In this document: piece after piece, positions 42,642-58,705 of the stretch
Layout: every line of letters starts with the position of its first letter
Numbering within the stretch: position 1 is the first letter of the stretch
Assembly (NCBI GenBank): GCA_902542505.1
Contig: CACBUI010000001.1
Location: forward strand, 83 to 64,082
Length of the DNA stretch: 64,000 bases
From: an uncultured Alphaproteobacteria bacterium
GTDB taxonomy: Bacteria > Pseudomonadota > Alphaproteobacteria > HIMB59
Direction: 5' to 3'
The notes under the pieces: model-generated
Told to the model about the DNA's origin: nothing
What the model saw: the letters and a program-made list of their open reading frames with translations, nothing else
Database searches by the model: none
Program-made: the position numbers and the translations under genes

Positions 42642-44656
42642 ATGGATCTAAATACATTAAATAAAGAACAAAAAATTGCAGTTGAGCATAAAAATGGCCC
42701 ACTTTTGGTACTTTCAGGTGCGGGAACAGGCAAAACTAGAGTATTAACTTCTAGATTTGTTTATATTGTAAGAAATCTAAAAGTTGATTTTAATAAAATA
42801 ATTGCTGTCACCTTTACAAATAAGGCTGCAAAAGAGATTAAGACAAGAGTGAATATTGAGCTCAGAAGTAATATTGACACTCCTTGGATTGGTACCTTTC
42901 ACTCAATTTTTGCAAAATTTTTGAGGAAGCACTCGGGCTTAGTAAATTTAAAATCAAACTTTACAATTCTTGATGTAGAGGACCAAAAAAAGTTGCTAAA
43001 ACAAGTTTTAGAGTATTGCAAGATTGATAAAGATATAAGTGAAGTTGTTTATCATAACGAAATTCAAAATTTGAAAGACAATAAAATCCTTTTTAATGAA
43101 AACAAAAAAATATCTAAATTTTCCTCTATAGATAGATTAGACGATATTTATTCTTATTATCAACAAAGATTAATTGAAATAAATGCAGTTGACTTTGGAG
43201 ATATTCTTTTACATAGCTACAACATCCTATTTAATAATCAAGAGATACAGAAATCTTATCAAAATTTTATTGAACATATTCTTATTGATGAGTTTCAGGA
43301 TACAAACATTATTCAGTATGATCTAATAAAATTAATATTGAATCGTGATAAAAACTTATTTTGTGTTGGGGATGACGACCAATCTATTTACGCTTGGCGA
43401 GGCGCAAACATAGATAACATTATTAACTTCCCAAAAGAATTTAATTCGCCTGTAGTTCGCTTAACAAAAAATTATCGCTCAAATAGTTCAATACTAGAGG
43501 CAGCAGCTTGTATAATAAGTAATAATAAGAATAGACTAGGTAAGGATTTAATAAGTTTTAATAAAAAAATACCAGAGCAAAAAATTAATTTGAATTCTTT
43601 TTATTCTCAGGAAGAGGAGTCATTATGGATATCAGATAATATATCAAAGAAGTTTGAGGAAAATAATAGCATAGGAATCTTAGTTAGACTTACTGCCCAA
43701 ATGAGAAGCATTGAAGATAAGTTAATAAAGTATGCATTACCTTATGAAATTATTGGAGGGCCAAGATTTTTTGAAAGGAAAGAAATCAAAGATATTTTAG
43801 CATACCTAAAACTCGCAAATAGTTTTCAAGATGATCTTTCATTTGAAAGAATAATTAATTTACCAAAAAGAGGAATAGGAGATCAATCTTTAAAATTAAT
43901 TATCGATAATGCTAGAGAAAAAAAAGTTTCATTTTTTGAGTCTTTAGACTCTTTATCTTTTGAAAATAAATTACCAGGATCTTTAACATTAAAAACGAAA
44001 TCATTTATTGATATTATAAAAAAAACATCTGAGCTCATAGGTAAAACAACTCTAGAGGATATAGGTATTTTTATAATTGAGGAGTCAGGTTATTTAAAAA
44101 TGTTAGAAAATGAAAAAAATAAATTGAAACAATTAGAAAATGAATCAAGGATTGATAACTTAAAAGAATTTGTGAATGCTCTCTCTGAGTTTGAGAATTT
44201 GGATAATTTTTTAGAGCATGTTGGTCTCGTTAATGAAAATCAAAAAAAAATTCAATCTAATTCTGTTAAACTAATGACTTTACATTCAGCTAAAGGTTTA
44301 GAATTTGATCATGTTTACTTACCAGGTTGGGAAGAGGGTATTTTTCCAAGCTCTCGAGCATTAGAGCAAAATTCATCAAATTCACTAGAAGAAGAGAGGC
44401 GGCTTGCTTATGTTGGTATTACCAGAGCAAAGTTTGATTTAAATCTAAGTTACGCAACTTCTAGATATACCTATGGTATTAATAATTATTCATTACCATC
44501 AAGATTTTTGAACGAAATTTCAAAAGTTGAGAAAAATATAACAAACACTATAGAAGAATACTCTTCATCTAACTTAAATAAAAAGATTACTTCCGATAAT
44601 GCACAATTAAGTCCTGGAAAAAAAAGAATGTTAGAGTTTTTAAAAAAAAATAGTAA

Positions 44657-44660
<4 letters not shown>
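42642..44660 (+). CDS. uvrD: ATP-dependent DNA helicase UvrD/PcrA
   Basis: GAGTGKT, TFTNKAA, DEFQDTN, GDDDQSIY, MTLHSAKGLEF, EEERRLAYVGITRA. Confidence 0.95.
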
Positions 44661-50003
<5,343 letters not shown>

Positions 50004-50008
50004 TTTAA

Positions 50009-50881
50009 TTATCTTATCGATTGTATAGATATATTATTAGAATTATTTTCTTCATTCTTTATAAATATTCTAATTGGATTATATTTTTCATACCATTTTT
50101 TATTTTTGCCTACATCTTCTAAGCCGTTTATCATATTATATGACTCTTGATACCATTTACTCTTAGGAAAATTGTAAGCTAAAATTGAAGCGTAATTTTT
50201 AGCTAATTCATACTCACTTAAAGAGTAGTAAATTTTAGTAATTAAAAATAAAGTTTCTTCGATTGACAGACTTGAGCTGTGATTTTCAAAGATATCTATT
50301 AAATATACTAAAGATCCATTAGTGTTACCTTTTTCCAAATAAAACTTAGCTATGTTTAGTTTTTCTGCAGCTAAATTATTATCAATTAGTCTAATTTTTA
50401 TTAATATATCAATCTCGTATTTACTATTTGGATAAGCATTTAGTATAAAATTAAATTTATCCAATGCTATATCAGTATTTTCTTGGCTATATTCAGTTTT
50501 TTTAATCAGTACATAATATGTCATAGCCTCTAAATAATTTGCATAAACAATGTCTTTGCTGCCTGGGTAATAACTTTTATACATTTCTGCTAAAGCTCTT
50601 GTTTTTTCGTAATCTTTTTTAAGAAAGTTTATGTATGCTTTTACAAGCATACTTTTATTGGCATATTCACTGCTTGGGAATAGAACCTCTAGTTTATCCA
50701 ACTCAATAAGAGCAGCATCAAATTTTTTTGAGTCTATGTAATCATTAGCTAAAACAAATAATTCTTGATCATTCAATAAATTGTTTTCATAAATGCTTTG
50801 ATCAATTTTATAATCATCATTATCATTGGATGAGCAAGAAATAACAAATAAAAGTAACAGTATTAGAATCGGTCTTATCAC
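50009..50881 (-). CDS. bamD: Outer membrane protein assembly factor BamD
   Basis: GTG start, lipobox (VISC), TPR pattern, LAYNFPKSKWY; bamD-recN-ligA synteny. Confidence 0.9.
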   Translation of the reverse strand: MIRPILILLLLFVISCSSNDNDDYKIDQSIYENNLLNDQELFVLANDYIDSKKFDAALIELDKLEVLFPSSEYANKSMLVKAYINFLKKDYEKTRALAEMYKSYYPGSKDIVYANYLEAMTYYVLIKKTEYSQENTDIALDKFNFILNAYPNSKYEIDILIKIRLIDNNLAAEKLNIAKFYLEKGNTNGSLVYLIDIFENHSSSLSIEETLFLITKIYYSLSEYELAKNYASILAYNFPKSKWYQESYNMINGLEDVGKNKKWYEKYNPIRIFIKNEENNSNNISIQSIR

Positions 50882-50883
50882 AA

Positions 50884-51525
50884 ATGAATTATAGCTTCAG
50901 AAAAAAAAATAAAATAGTTAAATATATAGTTCTTCACTACACAGGAATGAAGACACTTGGTTTAGCTTATCAAAAATTATCTGATATAAAATCAAATGTA
51001 AGTATACATTATCTGATATCCAGAAATGGCATTATTTATAATTTGTTATGTCCTAAATACAAAGCTTGGCATGCTGGTCACTCTAAATGGAAAAGAAATG
51101 TAAATATCAATGACTTTTCTATAGGTGTTGAGTTGGAAAATAAAGGGCATGATTTTGGATATTCAAATTACTCTAATAAACAATACACCTCTCTAAAGAA
51201 ATTAATTTATTTTTCAAAAATAAATTTTCATATACTTGATGAAAATATAATCTTTCATTCAGATATAGCTCCAAATAGAAAGCTAGACCCAGGAGAGAAA
51301 TTTTTTATAAATAAAATCGAAATAAATAGATTTAGTAATAAAAGAAAAAAAAATAAATATTCAATTGAGGAGATGTTGATTTTATATGGTTTTCATAAGT
51401 CTTATATAAAAAAATATAAAAAATTTTGTATTATTGCTGTTAAAAGATCTTTAAATTATAAAATTATAAATTCATCTATATCAAAAAAATTTATAAATGA
51501 TTTTTATAATTTATTATTTTACTAA
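50884..51525 (+). CDS. N-acetylmuramoyl-L-alanine amidase (AmiD/AmpD, amidase_2)
   Basis: IVLHYTGM, VSIHYLI, AWHAGHS, SIGVELEN, HSDIAPNRKLDPG. Confidence 0.92.
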   Translation: MNYSFRKKNKIVKYIVLHYTGMKTLGLAYQKLSDIKSNVSIHYLISRNGIIYNLLCPKYKAWHAGHSKWKRNVNINDFSIGVELENKGHDFGYSNYSNKQYTSLKKLIYFSKINFHILDENIIFHSDIAPNRKLDPGEKFFINKIEINRFSNKRKKNKYSIEEMLILYGFHKSYIKKYKKFCIIAVKRSLNYKIINSSISKKFINDFYNLLFY

Positions 51526-51544
51526 TTTTATGTATATTAATTGA

Positions 51545-51870
51545 GGGTAGTGTGCAGTCGCTTTGTTATACAAAGAGGAAAGTCTGAGCTCGCGTAGAAA
51601 GTGATAGCGGATAACATCCGTCGAGGGTAACCTTAGGGAAAGTGCAGCAGAAACAAACCGCCGTAAGGTAAGGGTGAAAAGGTGAGGTAAGAGCTTACCG
51701 GATACTCTAAAAAGTATCGCAATATGCAAACCCTATCGCGAGTAAGATCAAATAGAGACTAAAACTATTTCTACAGTTGGTCTGGGTTGATCGCTGGAAT
51801 TAACTAGTAATAGTTAATCAAGATAAATGATTGCAATTTTTTAAATACAGAACTCAGCTTATAGCTACCC
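51545..51870 (+). ncRNA. rnpB: RNase P RNA (type A)
   Basis: GAGGAAAGTCTGAG and ACAGAACTCAGCTTAT (P4), GGGTAG/CTACCC (P1), GAAAGTGCAGCAGAAA, AGGGTGAAAAGGTGAGGTAAGAGC, P6 GTAGAAA/TTTCTAC; upstream of mraZ. Confidence 0.96.
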
Positions 51871-51895
51871 ATTACTATTTACTATTTGTTATAAA

Positions 51896-51920
51896 TCCCA
51901 TATAATCCCATAAAATACCA
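51896..51920 (-). promoter_or_regulatory. Putative MraZ operator repeats
   Basis: TCCCA at 51896 and 51906, TACCA at 51916, exact 10-bp period (TGGGA on the minus strand), directly before the mraZ ATG. Confidence 0.6.
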
Positions 51921-52336
51921 TGTACATGTTCTTATCATCATTTTATGGAATTATTGACTCAAAAAATAGAGTGGCTATACCATCTTCTTTCAGGTCGACA
52001 ATAATTATTTCAAAAGAAAAAACATTCATATTTAAAAGTTTAAAGTATGCATGCCTAGAGATACATCTGTCATCAAAGATAAATTCATTAGTTAAGAGTT
52101 TTGATGAAAAAGATTTCTTTTCAAAAAAGAATGATCATTTTAAAACCGCTATACTCTCTGACCTAGAGGAAATAAAAATAGATAAAGAGGGAAGATTTAT
52201 AGTCAAGGAACAACTTCAGAAATTTTCAAAACTATCAAAAGATATAATTTTTATAGGGAAAGGAAATCATTTTGAAATTTGGGAAAAGAAATTAGGTGAA
52301 ACACATAAAAAAATTTCTAGAGCAAAATTTAAATGA
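51920..52336 (+). CDS. mraZ: Transcriptional regulator MraZ
   Basis: IDSKNRVAIP, IDKEGRF, GKGNHFEIW. Confidence 0.92.
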   Translation: MYMFLSSFYGIIDSKNRVAIPSSFRSTIIISKEKTFIFKSLKYACLEIHLSSKINSLVKSFDEKDFFSKKNDHFKTAILSDLEEIKIDKEGRFIVKEQLQKFSKLSKDIIFIGKGNHFEIWEKKLGETHKKISRAKFK

Positions 52337-53235
52337 TTAAAAATCAACATATACCAATTATGGCAAATGAAATTTTATCATTTATTGATGGTAAAAAAAA
52401 ATTATCTATTCTAGATTGTACATTTGGAGGAGGAGGCCATTCTAAAAAATTTTTAGAAAGTGGGCACTTCGTAACTGCTATTGATCAAGATGACACCTCT
52501 TTAACTATTGCTAAAGAATTAAAAAAAAATTACTCAAACATAATTTTTTACAAATCAAATTTCAAAAATATTGATTTATTAGAACTAAACATCAAAAAGT
52601 TCGACCTTATATTATTAGATTTAGGTTACTCATCAAATCAATTAGAAGATAGTAATATTGGTTTATCATTTAAAATTGACTCTTATTTAAACATGAATTA
52701 TCTGGGTGGTGATTTAAATGCATTTAGGATAATCAATTATTATAATAAAAAAGAACTTCAAAGAATTTTTAATGTATATGGTGAAATAAGTCAGGCTGAT
52801 AAATTAGCTAATTATATTGTAAAACAGAGATCTCTGAAAAAGATAACTACAAACTTTGAATTTGTAGAAGTATTAAGAAACAGTGGTGTTAACTTTAGAT
52901 CAAAAAAAATTCATTTTGCAACACAAGCATTCCAAGCCTTAAGGATAGAGTCAAATGGTGAATTAGAAAATTTAACAATATTTTTGAAAAAAGTTCATGA
53001 TTTTTTAGGAATAAATGCATATTTAGCAATTATTTCATTTCACAGCCTAGAGGATAGATTAGTCAAGAACTACTTCAGAGACAACAAAATTAAAAAAAAC
53101 AAAGATTTTCAAAATTATAAAAATTGGGGATACGAGATTCTGACTAAAAAACCACTAACTGCAACAAAATTTGAACTTTTAAAAAATAATAGGGCGAGGT
53201 CTGCAAAATTGAGAGTAGGGAGATTCATAAATTGA
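52333..53235 (+). CDS. rsmH: 16S rRNA m4C1402 methyltransferase
   Basis: HIPIM, DCTFGGGGHS, DLGYSSNQL, FQALRIESN, SFHSLEDR, RARSAKLR. Confidence 0.96.
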   Translation: MIKNQHIPIMANEILSFIDGKKKLSILDCTFGGGGHSKKFLESGHFVTAIDQDDTSLTIAKELKKNYSNIIFYKSNFKNIDLLELNIKKFDLILLDLGYSSNQLEDSNIGLSFKIDSYLNMNYLGGDLNAFRIINYYNKKELQRIFNVYGEISQADKLANYIVKQRSLKKITTNFEFVEVLRNSGVNFRSKKIHFATQAFQALRIESNGELENLTIFLKKVHDFLGINAYLAIISFHSLEDRLVKNYFRDNKIKKNKDFQNYKNWGYEILTKKPLTATKFELLKNNRARSAKLRVGRFIN

Positions 53236-53528
53236 TTAATCATATATCTAAGTTTTTTTTATTATTTTTATTTATTATTTTATTTTTAAGTTTCAAAAAC
53301 CAAATCAAAATACTTGAAAACAATCTCTCAAATTTAAAATTTAATTATATAAAAGATCATCAAACTTATATTAATAAAGAAATACTACTCTCAAAGCAAA
53401 TAAATCAATTACAGATTAACAAATTGAATAATTATGATTTTATTAAAAATAAAAAAATTATTAAATTTGATAGAAACGAGTTTGATGGCTTTACAATAAT
53501 AAAGGTCAATTATGTTCAATCTGAGTAA
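53232..53528 (+). CDS. ftsL: FtsL-like bitopic protein (highly divergent)
   Basis: TM followed by a coiled-coil segment; position between rsmH and ftsI. Confidence 0.5.
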   Translation: MINHISKFFLLFLFIILFLSFKNQIKILENNLSNLKFNYIKDHQTYINKEILLSKQINQLQINKLNNYDFIKNKKIIKFDRNEFDGFTIIKVNYVQSE

Positions 53529-54978
53529 TGAAACAGACTATAAATTACTTTCTAAAACAAAAAATTATTACAATTTTTTTATTTTAACCATTTTATCACT
53601 TTTCGTTGCTGTTTTTACAAGATTAATATTTTTAAGCTTTGATAATGGTAATATTTCTAAACCTAATGAAAGGGATATAAATTTTAAAGCTTTACCAACT
53701 ATCTACGACTTAAATAAAAATATTTTAGCTTACTCTGATTACAATTATTCAATAAAAAATATCAAAAACAAAGTTAAGTATTTAAAAAGAAATATCCCAC
53801 TAAAAGATATTTTAGAACCAATTTATGAAGGTAATCCTTATATTAAATTTGAAAAAATTCTCACTAGAAAATACCCACATAGTGCCATCACAAATAATAT
53901 GATAGGACACACAAATATTGATCATAAAGGTGTATCTTTAATTGAGAAATATTTAGATCAAAAAAATAATGATATTGATTTGTCTTTGAATATTCAGATA
54001 CAAAAGAAAATATATGACTCCTTATTTAAGGATACAATAATTTTAAATCCAGATTTTTCTATGAATGTTTTAGTTGATTTAAGTAGAGAAGAAATTGTAA
54101 GTAACGTTTTTTTAGATAACAGAAATGTTGAAGATAGGTTCGATCAAACCTTATTACCTTTGAAAGATCTCAAATTTGATTTTGGATCTGTTTTCAAAAC
54201 ATTTACAGTTTTTTCTGCATTAAAAAATCAGAAAATTGACATTAATGAGTATTTTGATGTAGATCAACCAGTATACATTGGTAGTAAAATGATTAATGAC
54301 TATCCAAGAAACAGCGAAATACCCATGCAAGTAGGAGATATATTAAAAAAATCATCTAATAGAGGGGCGATTTTAATTAGAAGAAATTTGGATTGTCAAA
54401 ATGAATTTAAAGCTGATTTGGATTATATAGGTCTTTTAAACTCTACTCAAATCGGATTTGGAATGACCTCCGTTGAACCAACTGTAAATAATTTTAGAGG
54501 TAGATATTGTGACAATATCCCTTTTGGTTATGGATTGTCAGTTTCTCCAATACAATTAATTAATGCGTATGGAAAAATAATTACAGGTAGAGATAATTTC
54601 AATGCTTCATTTGAAAAAAATGAAATACAAAATAAGAATAAATATAACAAAATATCAAACACTGTTAATAAACTATTATTTTATGCGAATGAGACTGATA
54701 ATGAATTATACAAAAACTTCTTAGTAGCAGGTAAAACTGGAACGGCAGATCAAATTACATTTAATGATGAAAAATTTCAAAATGTTACATATATAAGTTT
54801 TTTTCCTTACAATAACCCAAAATATTTAAATTTAACATTTATGCAAAACCCCAAGGAATCCTATGGAAAATACATGACTGCTGGGAATACAGTAAAACCA
54901 ACTTTTTATAATCTTTTGAAAGAAATATACATATATCTGGACTTATCTATTGTTAATACTAAAAGTACAGATATTTAA
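53512..54978 (+). CDS. ftsI: Septal peptidoglycan transpeptidase FtsI/PBP3 (shortened)
   Basis: TM, RKYP, SxxK (GSVFK), SxN (KSSN), FGYG, KTG (GKTGT). Confidence 0.85.
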   Translation: MFNLSNETDYKLLSKTKNYYNFFILTILSLFVAVFTRLIFLSFDNGNISKPNERDINFKALPTIYDLNKNILAYSDYNYSIKNIKNKVKYLKRNIPLKDILEPIYEGNPYIKFEKILTRKYPHSAITNNMIGHTNIDHKGVSLIEKYLDQKNNDIDLSLNIQIQKKIYDSLFKDTIILNPDFSMNVLVDLSREEIVSNVFLDNRNVEDRFDQTLLPLKDLKFDFGSVFKTFTVFSALKNQKIDINEYFDVDQPVYIGSKMINDYPRNSEIPMQVGDILKKSSNRGAILIRRNLDCQNEFKADLDYIGLLNSTQIGFGMTSVEPTVNNFRGRYCDNIPFGYGLSVSPIQLINAYGKIITGRDNFNASFEKNEIQNKNKYNKISNTVNKLLFYANETDNELYKNFLVAGKTGTADQITFNDEKFQNVTYISFFPYNNPKYLNLTFMQNPKESYGKYMTAGNTVKPTFYNLLKEIYIYLDLSIVNTKSTDI

Positions 54979-56357
54979 TGAACTTAACTGACTTAAAAAA
55001 AAAGGGTTTTAAAATTGTTACAAATTGGCAAGACTGTAACAAAAATACTATTTTTCTATTTGATAGTAAAAATCAAACAAAATTTATTAAGTATATAAAT
55101 TTAGCCATCAAAAAAAAATGTAATTTCATTATTTGTAATATTAATTTAAAGGGGAATATTAAAAAAAAATCGATTAATTTTTTTTTCTATAAAAATAACA
55201 AGGATTTAGAAAACATAGTTAAAATATTTTATAGCTTAAATCGTCTTAAATTAATTTTTGTTACAGGTACTAATGGTAAAACCTCTATTGCTTATGGTGC
55301 AAATAAATTATTTAATAAAAATGGACTAAGATCTTGTTATATAGGTACTTTAGGTTTTTTTATTAATTCAAAAAGAATTAAAAAACTGAGCAATACTACA
55401 CCTTCATATTTTGAAATTCTTAATTTACTTCAATTAGCGAATGATAATTACATAAAATTTGTATTTATAGAAGTTTCCAGTATTGGATACTGTGAAGGAA
55501 GAATTGGAAATTTAAATTATAATTATTGTATTTTAACAAATTTAGAGTCCGATCACCTTGATTACCATAAAAACATAAATGATTATCATTTAGCTAAAAT
55601 AAATCTTATTAAAGATCATAGATTGAAGAACTCATTTTTATTTCTACAGGATTATAATTTAAAAAATAAATTTAAAAGCTTTGATAAAAACTTACTTACA
55701 CAGGATAACTTTATATCTAAAAATAAAATATCTATAATTAATAAAAGTTTTAATCAATACAAAATAATTTTAAAAGACAAATCTTATAAAATAAACTCAT
55801 ATAATGATTTTATGGTCAAAAATATTATTACTATATTGATGATTTATAATAAAATTAAAAAAAAATTTCCATTAAAAATTACTAAATCACTATTTCCACC
55901 TGGTAGATCTGAAATTATTTATAATAAAAAAAATAAAGTAATAATAATTGATTATGCTCATTCAAAAGATGCATACGAAAACCTGTTAAACAAATTCCCT
56001 CTACTAAATAAAAGTGTAATAATTATTTATGGTTGTGGCGGTGATAGAGATAAAACTAAAAGACCGCAAATAGCTAAGGTAATTTCAAAGTACACAAAAT
56101 TACAGATAATTACTGATGATAATCCAAGATATGAAGACCCATCAGTAATCAGAAAAACTCTTATAAAGTATTCTTCAAACCCAATTGAAATCCCTAGTAG
56201 AAGAAAGGCTATAAAATTTGGAATAGATTACATAAAAAAAAATGATGGTATTTTAATTATTGCTGGAAAAGGTCATGAAGATATACAAACATACAAAGAT
56301 AAATCCTACTTATTTAATGATAAAGTAATTTCATCAAATTATGCTAAAAACTTATAA
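54978..56357 (+). CDS. murE: UDP-MurNAc-Ala-Glu--meso-DAP ligase
   Basis: TGTNGKTS, NTTP, EVSS, DHLDYH, DYAH, GCGGDRD, DNPR (DAP specificity), AGKGHE. Confidence 0.93.
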   Translation: MNLTDLKKKGFKIVTNWQDCNKNTIFLFDSKNQTKFIKYINLAIKKKCNFIICNINLKGNIKKKSINFFFYKNNKDLENIVKIFYSLNRLKLIFVTGTNGKTSIAYGANKLFNKNGLRSCYIGTLGFFINSKRIKKLSNTTPSYFEILNLLQLANDNYIKFVFIEVSSIGYCEGRIGNLNYNYCILTNLESDHLDYHKNINDYHLAKINLIKDHRLKNSFLFLQDYNLKNKFKSFDKNLLTQDNFISKNKISIINKSFNQYKIILKDKSYKINSYNDFMVKNIITILMIYNKIKKKFPLKITKSLFPPGRSEIIYNKKNKVIIIDYAHSKDAYENLLNKFPLLNKSVIIIYGCGGDRDKTKRPQIAKVISKYTKLQIITDDNPRYEDPSVIRKTLIKYSSNPIEIPSRRKAIKFGIDYIKKNDGILIIAGKGHEDIQTYKDKSYLFNDKVISSNYAKNL

Positions 56358-57639
56358 AATTATTGAGGATTTAAAGTCGAAATATAAATCTGACATTGTT
56401 TTTGACACAAGATTAATAAAAAAAAATGATATTTTCATTGGTTTAAAAACAAAAAATAATGATGGTAGCTTGTATTTTAATGAAGCAATAAAAAAGAAAG
56501 CAGCGTTGGTAATTGTAAATATTAACAATACTCACCCAAAATTATTACATGTTAAAGATACCCATCTATTTATAAAAAAGTTTTGCAAATTTATATTAGA
56601 CTCCTATAAAGGTAAAATTATTGCTGTAACTGGATCTGTAGGCAAAACAACATTTAAAGAGAATATTTTTCACATTCTAAAAAATAATAATATTAGCACA
56701 TATAGATCTTATAAAAATTTTAACAATATCCAGGGTTTGCAGTTTTCTATAATGAATATGAATTTAAAAAGTAAATATTCTATATTCGAATTAGGAATTA
56801 ATAACCCTAAAGAGATGCTTAAATTAGTAAATACTTTACAACCACACTATTGCTTAGTGACAGGTATTGAAAATTCTCATATTGGTAATTTTAAAAATTT
56901 TAGGCATCTTGTAGATAACAAACTAAAAATATTCAAATCTAAAAGACTTATTAGTGGGTTAGTCAATTATAATTATGAACCTCATTATATCAATAATAAA
57001 CTTAACCAAAAAGTAGATGTTATAAATTCTGAAAATATGAAAAAATTTATTATCTCAAACAAAAAAATATACAAAGTAAATTTTATTTATAATAATAGAA
57101 AATACTCTATAGAGTCATCTAGAGGGGAATTTTATATAAACATAGCTATCATATCTTTTCTATTTATTAAAAAATTTATAAAGACAATAAAATTTAAAAA
57201 TTTTTTTTACGATGAGTCAATTATTGAGTCCAGGGGTAAAGAAGTTCTGACTTATATAGGAAGTAAAAAAATTAAATTCTATGATCATAGTTATAATGCA
57301 AGTCCATATTCACTAAATAAACAAATTTTATTCTTTAGTAAGAGAAATATTAAACAAAAAGCGTATATTTTAGGCTCTATGAAGGAACTAGGAGATCAAT
57401 CAGAATTTTTTCATATGCAAATTATTGAATTAGCAACTAAATTAAATTTAAGAAAAATAATTTTTATAGGAGACGAATTCTATAAGTTTAAAGAAAAATT
57501 TGATAAATTCATTTTTTATAAAAACTATATGCCAGCTATCAATTATTTGAATACAGAAATTAATAATATAAAAAATATATTCGTAATGGGTTCAAGATTA
57601 AACAAACTAGATAAGATAATAAAACAATATGTTAGGTGA
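56341..57639 (+). CDS. murF: UDP-MurNAc-tripeptide--D-Ala-D-Ala ligase
   Basis: TGSVGKTT, NFNN, ELG, SYNASP, GSMKELG. Confidence 0.92.
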   Translation: MLKTYKIIEDLKSKYKSDIVFDTRLIKKNDIFIGLKTKNNDGSLYFNEAIKKKAALVIVNINNTHPKLLHVKDTHLFIKKFCKFILDSYKGKIIAVTGSVGKTTFKENIFHILKNNNISTYRSYKNFNNIQGLQFSIMNMNLKSKYSIFELGINNPKEMLKLVNTLQPHYCLVTGIENSHIGNFKNFRHLVDNKLKIFKSKRLISGLVNYNYEPHYINNKLNQKVDVINSENMKKFIISNKKIYKVNFIYNNRKYSIESSRGEFYINIAIISFLFIKKFIKTIKFKNFFYDESIIESRGKEVLTYIGSKKIKFYDHSYNASPYSLNKQILFFSKRNIKQKAYILGSMKELGDQSEFFHMQIIELATKLNLRKIIFIGDEFYKFKEKFDKFIFYKNYMPAINYLNTEINNIKNIFVMGSRLNKLDKIIKQYVR

Positions 57640-58705
57640 TTTATTATATTCTCTAAGAGATATAGAATTTTTATTTAATTTATTTGGTTATATTTCTTTT
57701 AGGTCGGGCTTATCCTTGGTCACCTCATTTTTAATAGTCTTAATACTTATGCCTCATTGGGTTAGAATTCAAAAAAGTGCTTTTCCTAGTGGACAACCTA
57801 TAAGGAATGATGGTCCGGATACACATTACCATAAAAAAGGTACTCCAACGTTAGGTGGGGTGCTCATTCTTTTTTCAATAATTTTAAGTTCAATTTTGTG
57901 GACTTCCAATTTCTCAAGTTTTAACTATATATTGATATTGACATTAATTTTATTTGGATTGATAGGTTTTTTTGATGACTTTCAAAAAGTTAAATTAGGT
58001 AAGGGAATAACATCTAAAATTAAATTTTTATGTCAACTGTCAGCTACATTAATTATCTATTTTGCTATTAAATATAATGGATTTGATTTAAACCAATTTA
58101 GCATTCCTTTTTTAAAAAATGTTTCAGTTGAACTTGGCTATTTTTACTTTGTTCTAATTCTATTTATTGTAATTGGTTCAACAAATGCAACAAACTTGAC
58201 TGATGGATTAGATGGATTAGTGACAATGCCTTTGATATTTGTATTTCTTACATTTGCTGTATTTGCATATGTTTTGGGTAACATGAATTTTTCTGATTAT
58301 CTTTTAGTTAATTATATAAACGGATCAGGAGAAATTGTAATTTTTTGTACCTCAGCAATTGGAGCGTTACTGGGTTTCTTATGGTTTAACTCAAGTCCCG
58401 CATCTATATTTATGGGAGATACAGGATCACAATCTTTAGGCGCTTCATTAGCCGTAACGTCCATCCTTCTAAAACAAGAAATAGTATTAGCTGTTGCTGG
58501 GGGTCTATTTGTAATTGAAACTTTATCTGTCATGATACAAGTTACATATTTTAGATTATCAAAAGGAAAAAGAGTATTTTTAATGGCCCCACTTCATCAT
58601 CATTATGAAAAAAAAGGACTATCAGAACAAAAAATAGTAATTAGATTTTGGATATTAAGTTTCCTATTTTGTTTGTTAGCTTTATCACTTTTAAAAATTA
58701 GATAA
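57629..58705 (+). CDS. mraY: Phospho-N-acetylmuramoyl-pentapeptide transferase
   Basis: KKGTPTLGG, NLTDGLDGL, FMGDTGS, MAPLHHHYE. Confidence 0.97.
   Translation: MLGDLLYSLRDIEFLFNLFGYISFRSGLSLVTSFLIVLILMPHWVRIQKSAFPSGQPIRNDGPDTHYHKKGTPTLGGVLILFSIILSSILWTSNFSSFNYILILTLILFGLIGFFDDFQKVKLGKGITSKIKFLCQLSATLIIYFAIKYNGFDLNQFSIPFLKNVSVELGYFYFVLILFIVIGSTNATNLTDGLDGLVTMPLIFVFLTFAVFAYVLGNMNFSDYLLVNYINGSGEIVIFCTSAIGALLGFLWFNSSPASIFMGDTGSQSLGASLAVTSILLKQEIVLAVAGGLFVIETLSVMIQVTYFRLSKGKRVFLMAPLHHHYEKKGLSEQKIVIRFWILSFLFCLLALSLLKIR

Noticed and set aside
51514-51729. 71-aa minus-strand ORF
   Set aside because: Antisense to the RNase P RNA; open only because of locally higher GC.
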